Of a stretch of DNA of 64,000 bases, positions 1 through 12,644 are shown in pieces; the stretch's first letter is position 1; every line of letters begins with the position of its first letter. Location of the stretch: NCBI RefSeq assembly GCF_018977255.1, contig NW_024704747.1, forward strand, positions 7,068,001-7,132,000. Reading direction: 5' to 3'. Source of the stretch: Callorhinchus milii. Lineage: Eukaryota. The position numbers and the translations under genes were made by a program. The notes below the pieces were generated by a model, which saw only the letters and a program-made list of their open reading frames with translations, did no database searches and had not been told where the DNA came from.

Positions 1-499
1 CAAAATATATCCTGACATTCAAATATTTAAGCCTAGCGGAAACACTCTGTATATTATATCATAAATTGTATTCCCTAGTAAAGCAATTCACTTGAACATA
101 CTAATAATGCTCAGGTTTCTCATAATGATTTATCACTTTGAAACATCCCAATACACTTAACACAATAAGTTATTTTGAAGTGAGTTGCATTGGAGTGTCA
201 GCAAATATCATGAGCTCAAGTTCTTATGTGTGGGTCAAACCTGCTGAGCAAGCTGCAATAATGCTCCCAAAATTCATCAAAAGGACACTTTCTTAACAAG
301 TGGCTTTTAATATTGCCAAGTTAGTCATCCATTTTCAAGTATATTGTCCATCCTTGTTCATTCAAGAATTTCCCATTCCAATAGAAAGTATGAAAGAAGA
401 GTTTCAAAATGTTTAGAGAATAGAATTGAAGGACACACAGAAACATAATGAAGTTGAACGTAGGAAAGTGCTTAATGTTGCAATTGTCTTTGTTCTCAG

Positions 500-619
500 A
501 TTCGTTTTGCACCTGGAATCAGTTTGAATGCGCAAATCACAAATGTATCTCGGATCACTGGGTCTGTGATGGTACAGATGATTGTGGAGATGCCTCCGAT
601 GAAAATAATTCTCTCTGTA
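500..619 (+). CDS. LRP1B: Exon A, LDLa (CR) repeat, 120 nt, phase 1-1
   Basis: ttctcag|AT...TGTA|gtaagt; [39 protein letters not shown]. Confidence 0.95.
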
Positions 620-2347
620 GTAAGTCTTCAGTTTGAGGCCAGATAGTAATATTTTTGTGTGCTTTCTTGTATAATGTATTAGAGATCCAGCATCCCTTTC
701 AGTAACTGTGTAACTCAGTTGTGTTGAATTTAATCAATTTATCCTAGTTTTACTGAACCAGATTTTATCTACATGTCTGACTATGCTGTGAGGGTAAAGG
801 TAGACTGCACTGAACTTCAAGCATTTATACTCTTGAAAGGAGGAAGTACTTACAAATGAGATTAGTAGGGTGTTGCTTACTCTACAAAGCACTTTCATTA
901 TTACCTTGAAAATATAACATCTGCCCAACAACCAGTAACATTCCTGCATCACAACAGAGACATTGCCTTCATCCAAGCAAATGGTTTATGTCCATTGGAG
1001 GTACTCTCATCAAATCCAACAGACTTTTTAATGCTACAGATTTGTGTCTGTTAGAGGATAATAAGAACTCCTTTCATGTGTGGCTCTTAACAGTTAACAA
1101 TGACAGGTGACACATGGGGAGGTATGGTAGAAGCATTTCCTTTTTTTTCAGCTGAGAAGCGTTTCTGACCTCATTACACCGCAGCAGATTGAGAAAAGTT
1201 TAACCTTAATATGATCTGGCAGTCTCGCAAAGTTTGAATAAAGTCATTGTTTTGCTATTGTGTCATTGTATGCTGGCATCCTTGCTTCCTGAAATTTGGT
1301 GGTGTTCTTTAACAGGATATTGGATTAATTTATTTCCTTTTTTTTGGAGCATACGGGTATCAACATTTCCCATTAAGTAGTAAAGCTGAACACTTTGGTC
1401 TGCAATCTAGTCCACAACCTCCCCTCCATGCGGCTCTTCAGTCAACCAGCAGAAGGTGATTCACAAGGGACAAGTATTTCCTGCCAATATTTCTCTCCCT
1501 CTGAGATAACATGTCTTGCTACCATCAAGTGATCTGGCTAAAAATTAATGAAATGTAGCCAACTGGGGGAAGCATCCAGAGCATCTTTCCAACAAATGAG
1601 AATACATGGTTACAGCCCAGAGGGTCTGGAAGAACAACTTTGCTGTTATGACCTGTTATGCCCGTTTGGGTTTGAGTTTATTGTAGAATCACATTATAAG
1701 GGCATCGTTATAATTTCTCATAATGACCTTGCTTTGAGATATCTGAAAGTGTCTCAAACTGACAAGTCATTTATGAAAAAAAGGAAATACTTCTACCATG
1801 GTTCATGATGGACAGGGACCAAAATATCAACTCCCCATGTGTCACTTGTTAAACAAGCTCATTTACTTGCGTTCTCTAGACAATGAATACAAGGCAGTAT
1901 AGCTCAAAGCAAGTTGTATTTCTGCCAGTTCTGTTTAATCATTGTCTTATGATTTTATGTAAATTTCTATTTAATTTTTTATGTTTTATTTATGTTTCTT
2001 TCTCTATCAGTATTTATTGGCCACATCATCTACCTCCACAATTCTTCCCCCTACCTCCGTCCTCCAGCACTCACCTTCATCTCCTGCCTCTTGAGGCTGC
2101 GCAAAGTTTAGGTCAAGTCGCAAATGTAGACACATGCACATCGCTATTTCTTCACAGTTGCTACCATTGCTACTCTAGATGCTATTTAATTTAAGCCTTG
2201 TCAGAACAGACTGCAAGGGAGAGGAAGCCATGGGCAGACTAATATTATTTCCCAAATGCCAAATAATCGAAAGAGAGTTGATTTTACAGTGGACCTGAAA
2301 TCTTTCCAGCATGAGGTTGGTAATCTGACTTCTTTTTTTTATCACAG

Positions 2348-2476
2348 ATTCAGTCACTTGTGCTCCTGATTTGTTTCAATGTCCCAACTCTCACGTTTGC
2401 ATCCCGAAACTTTGGCTGTGCGATGGTGATAAAGATTGCCCGGATGGCAGTGATGAACTTTCCATAGCTGGCTGCT
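2348..2476 (+). CDS. LRP1B: Exon B, LDLa repeat, 129 nt, phase 1-1 (not in the ORF track)
   Basis: Poly-T atcacag|AT...TGCT|gtaagt; [43 protein letters not shown]. Confidence 0.95.
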
Positions 2477-2503
2477 GTAAGTAATGATAAAAACAATTTA
2501 GAC

Positions 2504-2727
2504 TAGGGTGGTCTAACTGGCAGCCCGCAGGCTGATTTCATCCGCCCCCCTCCCCCCCCCACCCCACCTCCCCCCTCCGTTTCATCTGGTCCACCTGCTC
2601 CCTCCATAACCCGTAAATGTTATGTTTTGTTTCTGGAAGGGAAACACAAAAATATTGCTTATGCGGCACTCGGATGTTTCTCAAATAGGGCATCTGGCCC
2701 TCAGCAGCCGAAAGTTAGACCACCCTG
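2504..2727. mobile_element. Non-autonomous hAT (Charlie-like) DNA transposon / MITE
   Basis: 15-bp terminal inverted repeats TAGGGTGGTCTAACT (2504-2518) and AGTTAGACCACCCTG (2713-2727), 1 mismatch; degenerate target duplication atttagac / aattttaggc. Confidence 0.8.
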
Positions 2728-3096
2728 AATTTTAGGCTGTTACTAAATCATACATTCAGTGAGAAAACCGTGCTATTTTGGAAGAGATATTGGTGATTAG
2801 TAATTGTGCAGATGGTCACTGCATAAATTCTACAGATTAGAGTGAGTTATGGCATGAACATTAGTAAGGACAAGTGAAGTTTTGTGCAATACTTACTAAT
2901 GCTCATGGAGTTACATTAAAGAACACAATGTGATATGTGATGTCATACATTTCTGGAGATTACGTATAATCAGTTTAAGGTTAGGAAATGAAAGGCGACA
3001 TGGGAACCATATTCTAACGGTATGAAGGAAACATGAAAACTGGTTGACCTCCGGGTCATCAGGTTGATACTGAGTACAGTGCTCGTGGACTATCCT

Positions 3097-4540
3097 CAAC
3101 AACAACAAGGTTACATTTTTGTATAGCGCCTTTCACATTGGGAGGACGTCCCAAGAGCTGGACAGTGTGCACCATTTCAGACCCGAGCTGGGGTCAGTGG
3201 GGAGAAAGGGAGGGGAGGGGAAGGGGAGTGACCAATGGGCATGGTCGTAGAGGAGGGTTTTGACGCGGGACTTGAAGGAAGCTAAGGAGGGGGTGAGGTG
3301 GAATGATTGGGAAATGGAGTTCCAGAGGTTGGGCCCAGAGTGGCTGAAGGCTCTCCTGCCAATGGTGGGGCAGGTGGGGTGGGTGGGTCAGGAGATGTGG
3401 AGCAGGCCGGAGCCGGCTGAGCGGAGGGAGCGGGCGGTTTGGTAGGGGGTTAGGAGATCACAGAGGCAGGGTGGGGTGAGACCATTGAGGGCTTTGTAGG
3501 TGAGAACCAGGATCTTGAACTGGATCCTTTGTAGGATAGGGAGCCAATGGAGTCGGGCGAGAATGGGGGAGATGGGGTGTTTGGTGCGGGAGAGGACACG
3601 GGCTGCAGAATTCTGGATTATCTGCAGTCTGTGGAGGGAGGAGTTGGGAAGGCCAACAAACAGGGCGTTTGCATAGTTGAGCCTGGAGGTGATGAAGACA
3701 TGAACAAGAGTTCCAGCGGCCTGAGGGGTGAGGTAGTGGCGGAGTCGGGTGATGTTACGGAGGTGAGGGAAGGTAGAGCGGGTCATGGCTTGGATGTGGG
3801 GAAGAAAAGATAGTTGAAGGTCGAACAAGACACCTAGGTTCCTGACTGGCTTAGTGAGTTGTAGTGTGCAACCATGGAGGTTGATGCTGCCAGAGCCTGA
3901 GGTGCAGAAGTGCTGATGCGAGCCAATCAGGAGGGCCTCAGTCTTGTTCACATTCAACTGTAGGAAGTTTGCCCTCATTAAGGACTTGATGTCCATCAGG
4001 CAGTCTGTCAGAGCAGCAGTGGGCCTGAAGTTGAGGGTGGAGGCAGAAAGATAGAATTGGGTGTCATCCGCATACATATGGAAGTTGACCCCATATCTGT
4101 GGATGATGTCACCAAGGGGGAGCATGTAGATATTAAAGATGAGAGGGCCAAGGACAGAGCCCTGGGGGACATCAGACATGACAGTGCGGGGGCTGGAGGA
4201 GAAGCCGTTAGAGGCAACAAAGTGGAGACGGTGAGAGAGATAGGAATCGAACCAAGCAAGGAGGAGAGACGGTATATGAGGATGGAGTGGTCGACAGTGT
4301 CGAAGGCGGCAGAGAGGTCGAGGAGGGCAAGGAGGCAGTGGGAACCCTGATCACAGATGTTCAGAATTAGTGACTTTGACCAGGGCCTTTTCCGTGCTGT
4401 GGGCTGCGGGAAGCTGGATTGGATGGGTTCAAAGAGGGAATGGCGAGAGAGAAAGGAGTGGAGCTGGGATGCGACGACTGATTCCAGGACCTTGGAGAGG
4501 AATGGGAGGTTAGAGATGGGGCAGTAGCTGGAGAGTCGGG
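3097..4540 (-). mobile_element. L2-clade LINE, 5'-truncated, RT C-terminal half plus 3' tail
   Basis: ORF 3388-4179 has [40 protein letters not shown]; (TTG)n tail at 3097-3108 on the minus strand. Confidence 0.92.
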
Positions 4541-4639
4541 ATCCTCAGGTTCCCAGATGCATTTCTTATTAGAAGGTTATTAGTATTATTAAAAGGTGTA
4601 CTCTTTAACATTCTGATTAATTGTTTCTCTTTATTCTAG

Positions 4640-4762
4640 CACACAACAGTACATGTGATGACAAAGCTTTCATTTGTCGCAACAAAGTGTGCATTCCAGA
4701 GTATTTTGTATGTGACTGGGATGATGATTGTGGAGATGGATCTGATGAATCTCCAGAATGTG
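4640..4762 (+). CDS. LRP1B: Exon C, LDLa repeat, 123 nt, phase 1-1
   Basis: ttattctag|CA...TGTG|gtaagt; [41 protein letters not shown]. Confidence 0.95.
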
Positions 4763-4927
4763 GTAAGTAAAATAATTTTTTTTTCTAACCAAATATTAGC
4801 AAGTACCAACATTTCAACAATCTTTTTTACTGAAGGTTATATTGTCACATATTTACCTAACCAATTGTTGCACTCATCAGTTTGTATGCAAGTCTTTTCT
4901 TCACAAAGTTAATGTGAATTTCACAGT

Positions 4928-5224
4928 GTGGAGCCCTGTAGAGTATTAGTTAGGCCAGGGCGAAACCTTCATCAAGTTTCCTTACTCCACATGCCTCTGT
5001 TTACCTAGCAGTAAGTAGGAACCCAGTTACTAGCCAGCGATTAATAATTCTTTCAAATTTTTAAATAATTTGGTCATTCAATTCACAACTGTTTCTGGGA
5101 CACTGTTGTGTGCAATTGCTGCATTTCGCCCACAAAATATTCACTTTAGTATGAAGCGCTTTGAGAGGTCTCAAAGATGTGATCAGCCGCTATATCAAAT
5201 GCAAATGCAAGGATTATTATTATT
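4928..5224 (+). mobile_element. tRNA-derived SINE, long variant, head partly deleted
   Basis: gtggagccctgtag...ttccttactccac-ctctgtttacctagcagtaagtag...atgcaaggattattatt; homologous to other copies in the window. Confidence 0.85.
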
Positions 5225-5328
5225 AAACATTTTATTATTATGGCAAACCTGTCTGCCCAAGATTAGAATCAGTGAAATAAAATTTCCCCTTGAACAATAA
5301 AAATCCCTAACTAAGCCTATAATTAAAA

Positions 5329-5613
5329 GTCCTGTAGCGGTTAGAGCATTCACTTTGCAAGTGAGAGACCTGGGTTTGATTCCCGGCAGGGCAAAACCTT
5401 GGGCAAGTTTCCTTACTCCACACGCCTAATAATAATCCCTCCAAAACCAAAAACAGTAATAAATTGATCACTTCAATCCATGCCTGTTTGTGGGACTGTC
5501 GCATTTTGTCCACAAATATACAGTCAATTCACTTTACAGTCTATTCTGTGAAGCGCTTTGAGACGTGTAGAAGCCGTGAAAAGAGCTAAAATGCAAGGAA
5601 TATTATTATTATT
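5329..5613 (+). mobile_element. tRNA-derived SINE, short variant
   Basis: tRNA-like head (ggttagagca...gggtttgattcccggcaggg), shared body, (ATT)n tail. Confidence 0.88.
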
Positions 5614-6351
5614 AAAAGGAGCTTTTAATTGGTGCTTCTTCTACATAATAGGCGCTATGTAATTGAGTACTGTTTGTATCAATCATAGGGAAATACATAC
5701 AATCATAGGGAATCCACATTTTTTCCTCTCGGCCCATTAAATACTTCAATCCTCTTTCTCCTTTCAGGTTGCTCCATCTTCCCCTTCTTATTTATGGTCA
5801 CCACTCTCTCACTTAATGGTGATGATCCCTCCAATGCCTCTACTCTTAACAGAACATACTTCAGATTGTTCATAAATATCAGCAGAAATCTGAGATTGAC
5901 TTGCTATATTCATTTTTTTGTTAGTAATGTGAAGTACTTAATTTCAATATTTTATTTTATATTAGAATTGTTTCATTTATATGAGCTCTTTTGTGTGAGT
6001 TGTGAACACCATGTAGTTAAGGGGTTATGCAAATTGCAGCTGCCTTTAATTACGTGATTGACAGCCAATAAATAGATCCTTAGTTACAAAGATAATTAGA
6101 CACTTGTGTAATGTTTTCTGTACACAGTTTAACAACTCGCACAATACATATGCATTTACACATGGTTTTACGCAATTCGCATACTAAATCACAACCAGTA
6201 CCTCTGTGAAATGAGAAAAATAAGATACAATTATTGAAATAGGTATATCTCAGGACCTCACACACTATAATTCTTAACAATATGTCCAGCTTTGTGGTTA
6301 ACACGGCTGTTCATACATATTTAAAATTAATCATTTTATTATTATGGGTTT

Positions 6352-6941
6352 TATCCCAGATGCCGTCAAAACACTCATCCATGTATTCTTCACCTCCCGA
6401 CTTGACTTCTCAAATGCCCTCTTTTGCTGGTCTCCCCAGCTCCACCCTGCACAGGATCCAGCTGATCCAAAACTCCGCCACCTGCATACTCACCTGTATT
6501 AAACTCTGTACCTCCATCACACCAATCCTAGCTGGGCTCCACTGCTCCCTATCGCCGAACAGATTGATTTCAAGATCCTCACACTCGTTTTCAAATCCCT
6601 TCATGCCCTAGCACCTCCTTACCTCTCTGACCTGCTTACCCCCCAACCTACAACCTGCTGCCTCCAATCAATTGGCTCCGGCCTTCTGCATGTCCTTCGG
6701 GCCCTCCATTCCACCATCGGTGGCCGCACTTTCAGCAACTACGCACCGAAATTCTGGAACACTCTTCCACTATCCCTCCATCTTACTCCTTCCTTCCCCA
6801 CCTTCAGGTTGCGCCAAAGACCTTCCTATTCGACATTGCCTACGGTTACCTTCCCCCAGCTTGGCATCATGCTCTACCACTGTCAAGTGCACTGGGCCAC
6901 TCCCCTGCGTGAGGGGCACAATATAAATGCTGGTTGTTGTT
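6352..6941 (+). mobile_element. L2 LINE 3' fragment (tail type 2)
   Basis: LHRIQLIQNSA-like coding remnant; ends gtgaggggcacaatataaatgctggttgttgtt. Confidence 0.85.
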
Positions 6942-8899
6942 ATATAGCTTGTGAATACAGAAAGCAAAATCTCCACCATAGGACCAACTTATCTGTACAT
7001 TTTACATTGAGAATCAGAGAACCTCAGAAAAGGCCATCTCTGATCGCTATTTAGAATTACAATACTTTGCTGTCTCCTCTGAGGAGATATATACACGTTT
7101 CCTGACCCAGGGGGAGCTGTCTTCCCTCTAGGACCTCACTATCTTCTCCTTCAAGAACATTGGAATTTGGCCTCCTTCAAGCCCAAGTTTCACCACCTAT
7201 TTATTTTGGGATAGAATTCCCTGTGAGTTTACTCAAGTAAAAAAAACTCAAGAAATACAGTTATTTCAAAATATCTGCAGGCATGCAGAATGCAACAGCA
7301 CATACTAATGGGACTCCCTAGAGCTGCAGATCCACCAGGAGTCTTGTTAGTGTAGCCCAGCTAGTTTGTTACAAACACAAGTCTTAAAATACCTCCGGGA
7401 GTTTTTGCACTGTGCAGATATGGAATAGGTTACTTTTTTGGAAGTGTTCCCATTCAACTCATGTTAACCCTGCAAGCCAAAGCCCTGACAACTAGGGTGG
7501 TCCAAGCTGGACAAGCAGCAGGAACCTTTGCCAGACAGTCAGGATCACTCCCATCAGTACCCCAACACACACTCTGGAGTACCCAAGCCTTGGCTCTTGC
7601 CAACCTGCTCCTGATACTCTGCGGAATTATCTTAGCAGGGTGCATCCCTCCAGGAAGGTGGTGTGCATTTCATTCCTGACAACCGTTATTTGCAGAGATA
7701 GTACTCATCATTTAAAAAGAAACTCCATGAATCATTCCTTCAACATTTATTTAGGCCTGGTCCAAAGTAACAGTGTTATTTTAAAGTTATGGTGCAAAAT
7801 AAAATGCATGCATTAATCTAACTGTGGCTTACCAGTGATCTACACAAGGTTACAATAATATGTTTACATTGGGATGTGCATTAGTGTATGATTAGTCTAC
7901 TGCATATAAACTTCACATTGAATACATTGAAAACATATGACACCTCGAGTGACTGGATCGTCATAACGCTCAAGTCTTTATTTTTCTTCTTTGCTAATGG
8001 ATGTTCATTTTTTTTGTGTAACAATATTTAGCATCTTTATAATGAGTTTAATTGTATTAATGGAAGATGGCTTACAAATTACTTGTTAATGTATGTTGCA
8101 TAATCTTTATACAATACAAGATACAATACAAAATTACATTCGTATAGCGCCTTTCACGTCAGGAGGATGCTGGGCACTGGGACGTAAATATACAATACTT
8201 ATGAAGATAAAAATCATCTAGCCCATCTATTGAGTTGGCCTAGATATGTTATACTCATAATAACTTGGTTCATATGTTGGTGTCATTAGTAAATGTTGCA
8301 GTATTACATGATGGAGCTTCTTTCATATAATTTGTGTAATTTTGGAACAGCAGGAGAATGAGAGAGAATTTACTGAATAAGTCATTGGATCCAACGCAAA
8401 CTTTTTCCATTAATCAATCTTTACTGTCTGTTGCTGGGCCAATCTGATTAGTCATCTTACCATAAATCCTATGAGCCTTAATATTTCATATATATTTGGT
8501 ATTGGAATGTTTTCAAATGCCAAATGAAGTGTGTTAAATGTTAGTTACCTAGAGTTTTCGTACCATGATTTTCAAAAGAACTACCAATATTTAAAATGTT
8601 CTCTTTGAAGTTCTCTAGGCTGTCACAGACCCAAATTATTTTGAAAGATTGCACTGTGCATTTTTTATGTCATGCGACAGACATAACAGTTGTGTGTTAT
8701 GTGCCAGCAATACTTATGAGATATTAGTCATTCATTTGATTGTGAAACATCTGTTATAAATCACTATCACTACTGAACTATTTTCTATTAACAGCACAAA
8801 CATAACTTTGGAAAGGTTATACTTTTTAATTAAGACTTACGATGCATCACAGGGGAAAGAATAATTCTTGATAACGTTTTTCTTCTTGTGGATTGTTAG

Positions 8900-9034
8900 A
8901 ATACCCAACATGTGGCAAAGATGGGTTCATTTGTGCCAATGGACGATGCCTTATCAACAAGCATTGGGAATGTGATGGGGACTTTGATTGTCTTGACTAT
9001 TCAGATGAAGCACCTAAAAATCCAAAGTGTACAG
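8900..9034 (+). CDS. LRP1B: Exon D, LDLa repeat, 135 nt, phase 1-1
   Basis: gattgttag|AA...ACAG|gtgaag; [45 protein letters not shown]; the 3' end is slightly uncertain (see findings). Confidence 0.9.
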
Positions 9035-9699
9035 GTGAAGACATTTTTTTTCTCACTATACTTTATTTTGACTAGAACGCTTTGATTAATACATATTAAT
9101 AAATCTTAATAATGTGCAAGTGAATCTGATTGAATGTTAATGATTGGTGAATATGTGTTAATGTTGACTCTACACTTGTTAAATAAAGAGGCTTTCATTT
9201 CTTAATTTCTGGCCAGATTGTGTTGGGTCGTTTGGGTCATACCTCAACCTATGCAGCCCTTTCTGACCAGAGCAATTCTTCAAAATAACATTTCTGGATT
9301 GCGATTGAAGTTGAATCTAATTAAGTAAACCAATGGTATAATTAAATGGTGCACAATGTATTCTCCAGCAAGGTGGCAAGAGGCCTGTGATTCCTCCCAT
9401 GTCAAGTGCTTGGTTTCAGCTGCAACACCAGGAAACGACAACAAAAAAAACCTTGCATTTATATAGCTCCCTTCACTCGGGGTATCCTCCTGGAGCACAA
9501 GATACTTTCTCAAAGGGAAAGATAAAGGAGGAACAGCATCTGGCTGAGCCATTGTTGTGCTTCTCACTACAATGAGTTCCAAATGGTCAATAAATAATAA
9601 CAATAATAAAAATAATAATCCTTGCATTTGATTTTCATGTCAAGAGAACGCCTCCAAGTGCTTCACAAAATTTTATTGTAAAATTGTAATGTTGGAAGC

Positions 9700-10022
9700 T
9701 TGGTTCACCTGTCAGCACCATATCTTCTTCATTAGAAGCTTGTAGATTCAAGCCCCACACTGATTTTGAACTCATTCAATCCAGGCTGACACTGCACTGT
9801 TGGAGCTGCCGTCATTCAGAGAGGTTAAAGCAAAGTCCCTTCTGCTTGTTCAGGTGGAAGCTAAAGATCCCCTTGAAAAGAAAAGGGACCTTGCACAAAG
9901 TGCCTCCCATGTTCAGCTACAAAATACAGAATCACTACTCTTTACAGGAAATCCCATGACACACTTTGAGATATCCTGCCAACATGAAAGATCTTATATT
10001 GAATGCAAGGGTTACTATTATA
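9700..10022 (+). mobile_element. Old Deu-domain SINE (SacSINE1/AmnSINE1-like), degraded
   Basis: ttcaagccccac...caggctgacactgcactgttggagctgccgtc...caggtggaagctaaagatccc matches the recalled Deu domain; same 3' tail as the young SINEs. Confidence 0.7.
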
Positions 10023-10299
10023 TCAAACTTCAACGTTTAGTTGAAGCAATGAATAATTCCTTTAATTTTATTCCTCAGACTGCTTGCAGGTCCAGGGAAA
10101 CCATTGCATGACTCCTTATTAAGCTTTCGCTTCACATATTACAACTCGGGAATGTTTTATAAAACAACTCAGGAATCTGACTTTTTTTGACACCAAATTT
10201 GTTTCTTTTAATTTATCTCTCCTCCACTCCACAAAGGAGTTTGAACCATTTTTCTTTTAAATGGAGTATTGTTTAATGTTGTGGAGTCTGTTTAATGTT

Positions 10300-10607
10300 G
10301 TGGAGTGCTCAGTGGTTAGAGCACTCGCCTCTCAAGCGAGAGACCTGGGTTTGATTCCCGGCAGGGCAAAACCTTGAGCAAGCTTCCTTACTCCACAGCC
10401 TAATGATAATCCCTCCAGAAAGAAAACAATAATAAATTGGTCACTTCAATCCAAGGCTGTTTGTGGGACACTGCTGTGCGCAATTTGGCTGCTACGTTTC
10501 ACCCACAAATATACAGTCAATTCACTTTACAGTATATTCTGTGAAGAGCTTTGAGATGTCTAGAAGATGTGAAAAGCGCTATATCAAATGCAAGGATTAT
10601 TATTATT
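10300..10607 (+). mobile_element. tRNA-derived SINE, short variant, near full length
   Basis: A/B-box head, body gtgggacactgctgtgcgcaatttggctgc, (ATT)n tail. Confidence 0.92.
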
Positions 10608-11720
10608 ACATGTTGCCCTTCGATATCTTGCCCAAGTTGTCATTATTCATGTGGGATTGCGTTTAGACAGGGTATTCAACCACAGGGGGCATTACAGTAG
10701 AGATACTGTTTGTACCAGATGCCAATTTGCACCTACAATTGATGATTCTGATTCGAGGTCTGCCTGTTTTTCCAAAGCTAATCCACCTGATGTCAGTTGT
10801 AGCCTCCTACTGCATGGAATACCTTGGGTCGTTCTCCCGACGTGAAAGGTGTTATATGAATCAATTTGGTATTGGTGGTCTTGTTGATATCCTGGATGAC
10901 ATCATCTATCTCAGCACAGATTTGTATTCCACTTTATGGTCACTCTGATCTATATAGTTCTCCATTCGCCACCAAGCCATGAAGGCAGTGCCCAATATAC
11001 CAACTTTCAATTCTAATGATAGGAAGAAGCTGTGTATCCTGAAGCTCTTTTCTTTCACTGGTTCAAGTTAAAGTTCTAGCTCTGAGTATATATTTGAGTA
11101 TGTAAGTGTAGAACTCTTTCCTCCCCCTACACAGTCTGGATATAAAGTAGTGAGCTTTTAACTGACCTGCATGTTATCATCTGTATTGAAAGTGCTATGG
11201 ATTTTCCTGTGCACAACACACTGTTGTCTTAATCATAGGATTTCTGCAAGATAAAAATAAGTAATTTGTACATTGCTGTGCTTTTCTTATTGCTATGATG
11301 CAATGTACACGCATCATTAACTTGTACGTTACAGTAATTCATGCATTAGAGATTTGTTCTCAGTGTGATTTGAACTGCAGATGTTAAAGCTATCAGCACT
11401 TTGCCATCATTGCCGATGGCAAACAGTTCAAAATGTTGTGAATTAAAAACAGCAGGAATCCCAAGATTGTCTTAAGGTTTCCTTATAATCTGCTGAGCTG
11501 TGTGTGCTTTTCTGCTTACAGTTAGCCCTTTGTTTGTCTCACTACACTGTTGTTCTTTTAATGTCTCTTCATTCTGAAATGTTAATGCTGTAAGGTAATC
11601 TATGGCTCCGTGTACCTTCCTCATTCAATTCAAAATCATGTTTTTCGACCTTTGCAAGGTAACGATAGAGAAACAAATACCATTCCAAAAAAGAACATTT
11701 AAGAACATCTTGTGTCTACT

Positions 11721-12060
11721 ATAATAAACCTTGTATTTGATATAGCACTTTATCATATCTCAAAGAGCTTAACATGAATTGCTAGAAAGTTTAGTGACTG
11801 GGTATTAGTGGGCACATATGGCAGCCAATTTGTGCATAGCAATGTCCCATAAATAGCCATAAAGTGAATGACCAATTTAATCCAGGAGATATTGACCAGG
11901 ACACTGGGAGAAACTGCCTTCTTTTTTGAATTGTGCCATGGGATCTTTAACGTCCATCTTAAACAGGCAGACACAACCTTGGATGAAAGTCGCATCAGAT
12001 GAATGGCACTCTTGACAATGCAATGCCCCCTCAGCACTGCAATGGAGTGTTATCCTAGAC
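11721..12060 (-). mobile_element. Old Deu-domain SINE
   Basis: The + strand shows ccaggacactgggagaaac...gtgccatgggatctttaacgtcca..., the reverse complement of the Deu domain, with the tail at the left end. Confidence 0.78.
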
Positions 12061-12323
12061 TGTTGGCTATTATTGCTTCCAGCAGGTAAATGAGAAGCAG
12101 CTTGATTAAATTCCCTTTCCTATTCACTTTGAATAGTTAGAAACTACAGAGAGTTCTCTAAATGTAGAAGAACTGAAAAACATAATTGGCTTATCTTTAG
12201 GCAAAAAAAAGTTTGAGACTTCAGAGTTCCAGCAATTCTAAAACTATTTGAACAAAGCAGTAGAAGTAAATTTGGACATTACAATGTAGTGTTGACACAA
12301 GGATTTGTACAATGCAGGACAAA

Positions 12324-12644
12324 GTGGAGTCCTGTAGCTCAGTGGTTAGAGCACTCGCCTCGCAAGCGAGAGACCTGGTTTTGATTCCCAGCAGGGTGAA
12401 ACCTTGGGTAAATTTCCTTACTCCACATGCCTGATGATAATCCCGCAAGAAAAATAAATAATAAAAAAATTGGTCACTTCAATTCACGACAGTTTGTGGG
12501 ACACCTCTGTGCCAATTGGCTGCTGCATTTCACCCACAAATATGCAGACAATTCACTTTATAGTATATTCTGTAAAGCACTTTGGGACTTCTAGAAGATG
12601 TGAAAAGTGCTATATCAAATGCAAGGATTATTATTATTATTATT
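12324..12644 (+). mobile_element. tRNA-derived SINE, short variant, full length
   Basis: gtggagtcctgtagctcagtggttagagcactcgcctcgcaagcgagag... through (ATT)n. Confidence 0.93.

Noticed and set aside
7493-7510. tagggtggtccaagct, similar to the hAT MITE TIR
   Set aside because: No matching second TIR nearby.
12324-12405. tRNA-Ala-like cloverleaves (also at 10300, 17987, 25130, 39698, 46434)
   Set aside because: Each is fused to the same SINE body and tail, the anticodon varies between copies (CGC, TGC, CTC, CAC), and the Ala G3-U70 identity pair is missing. They are SINE heads, not tRNA genes.
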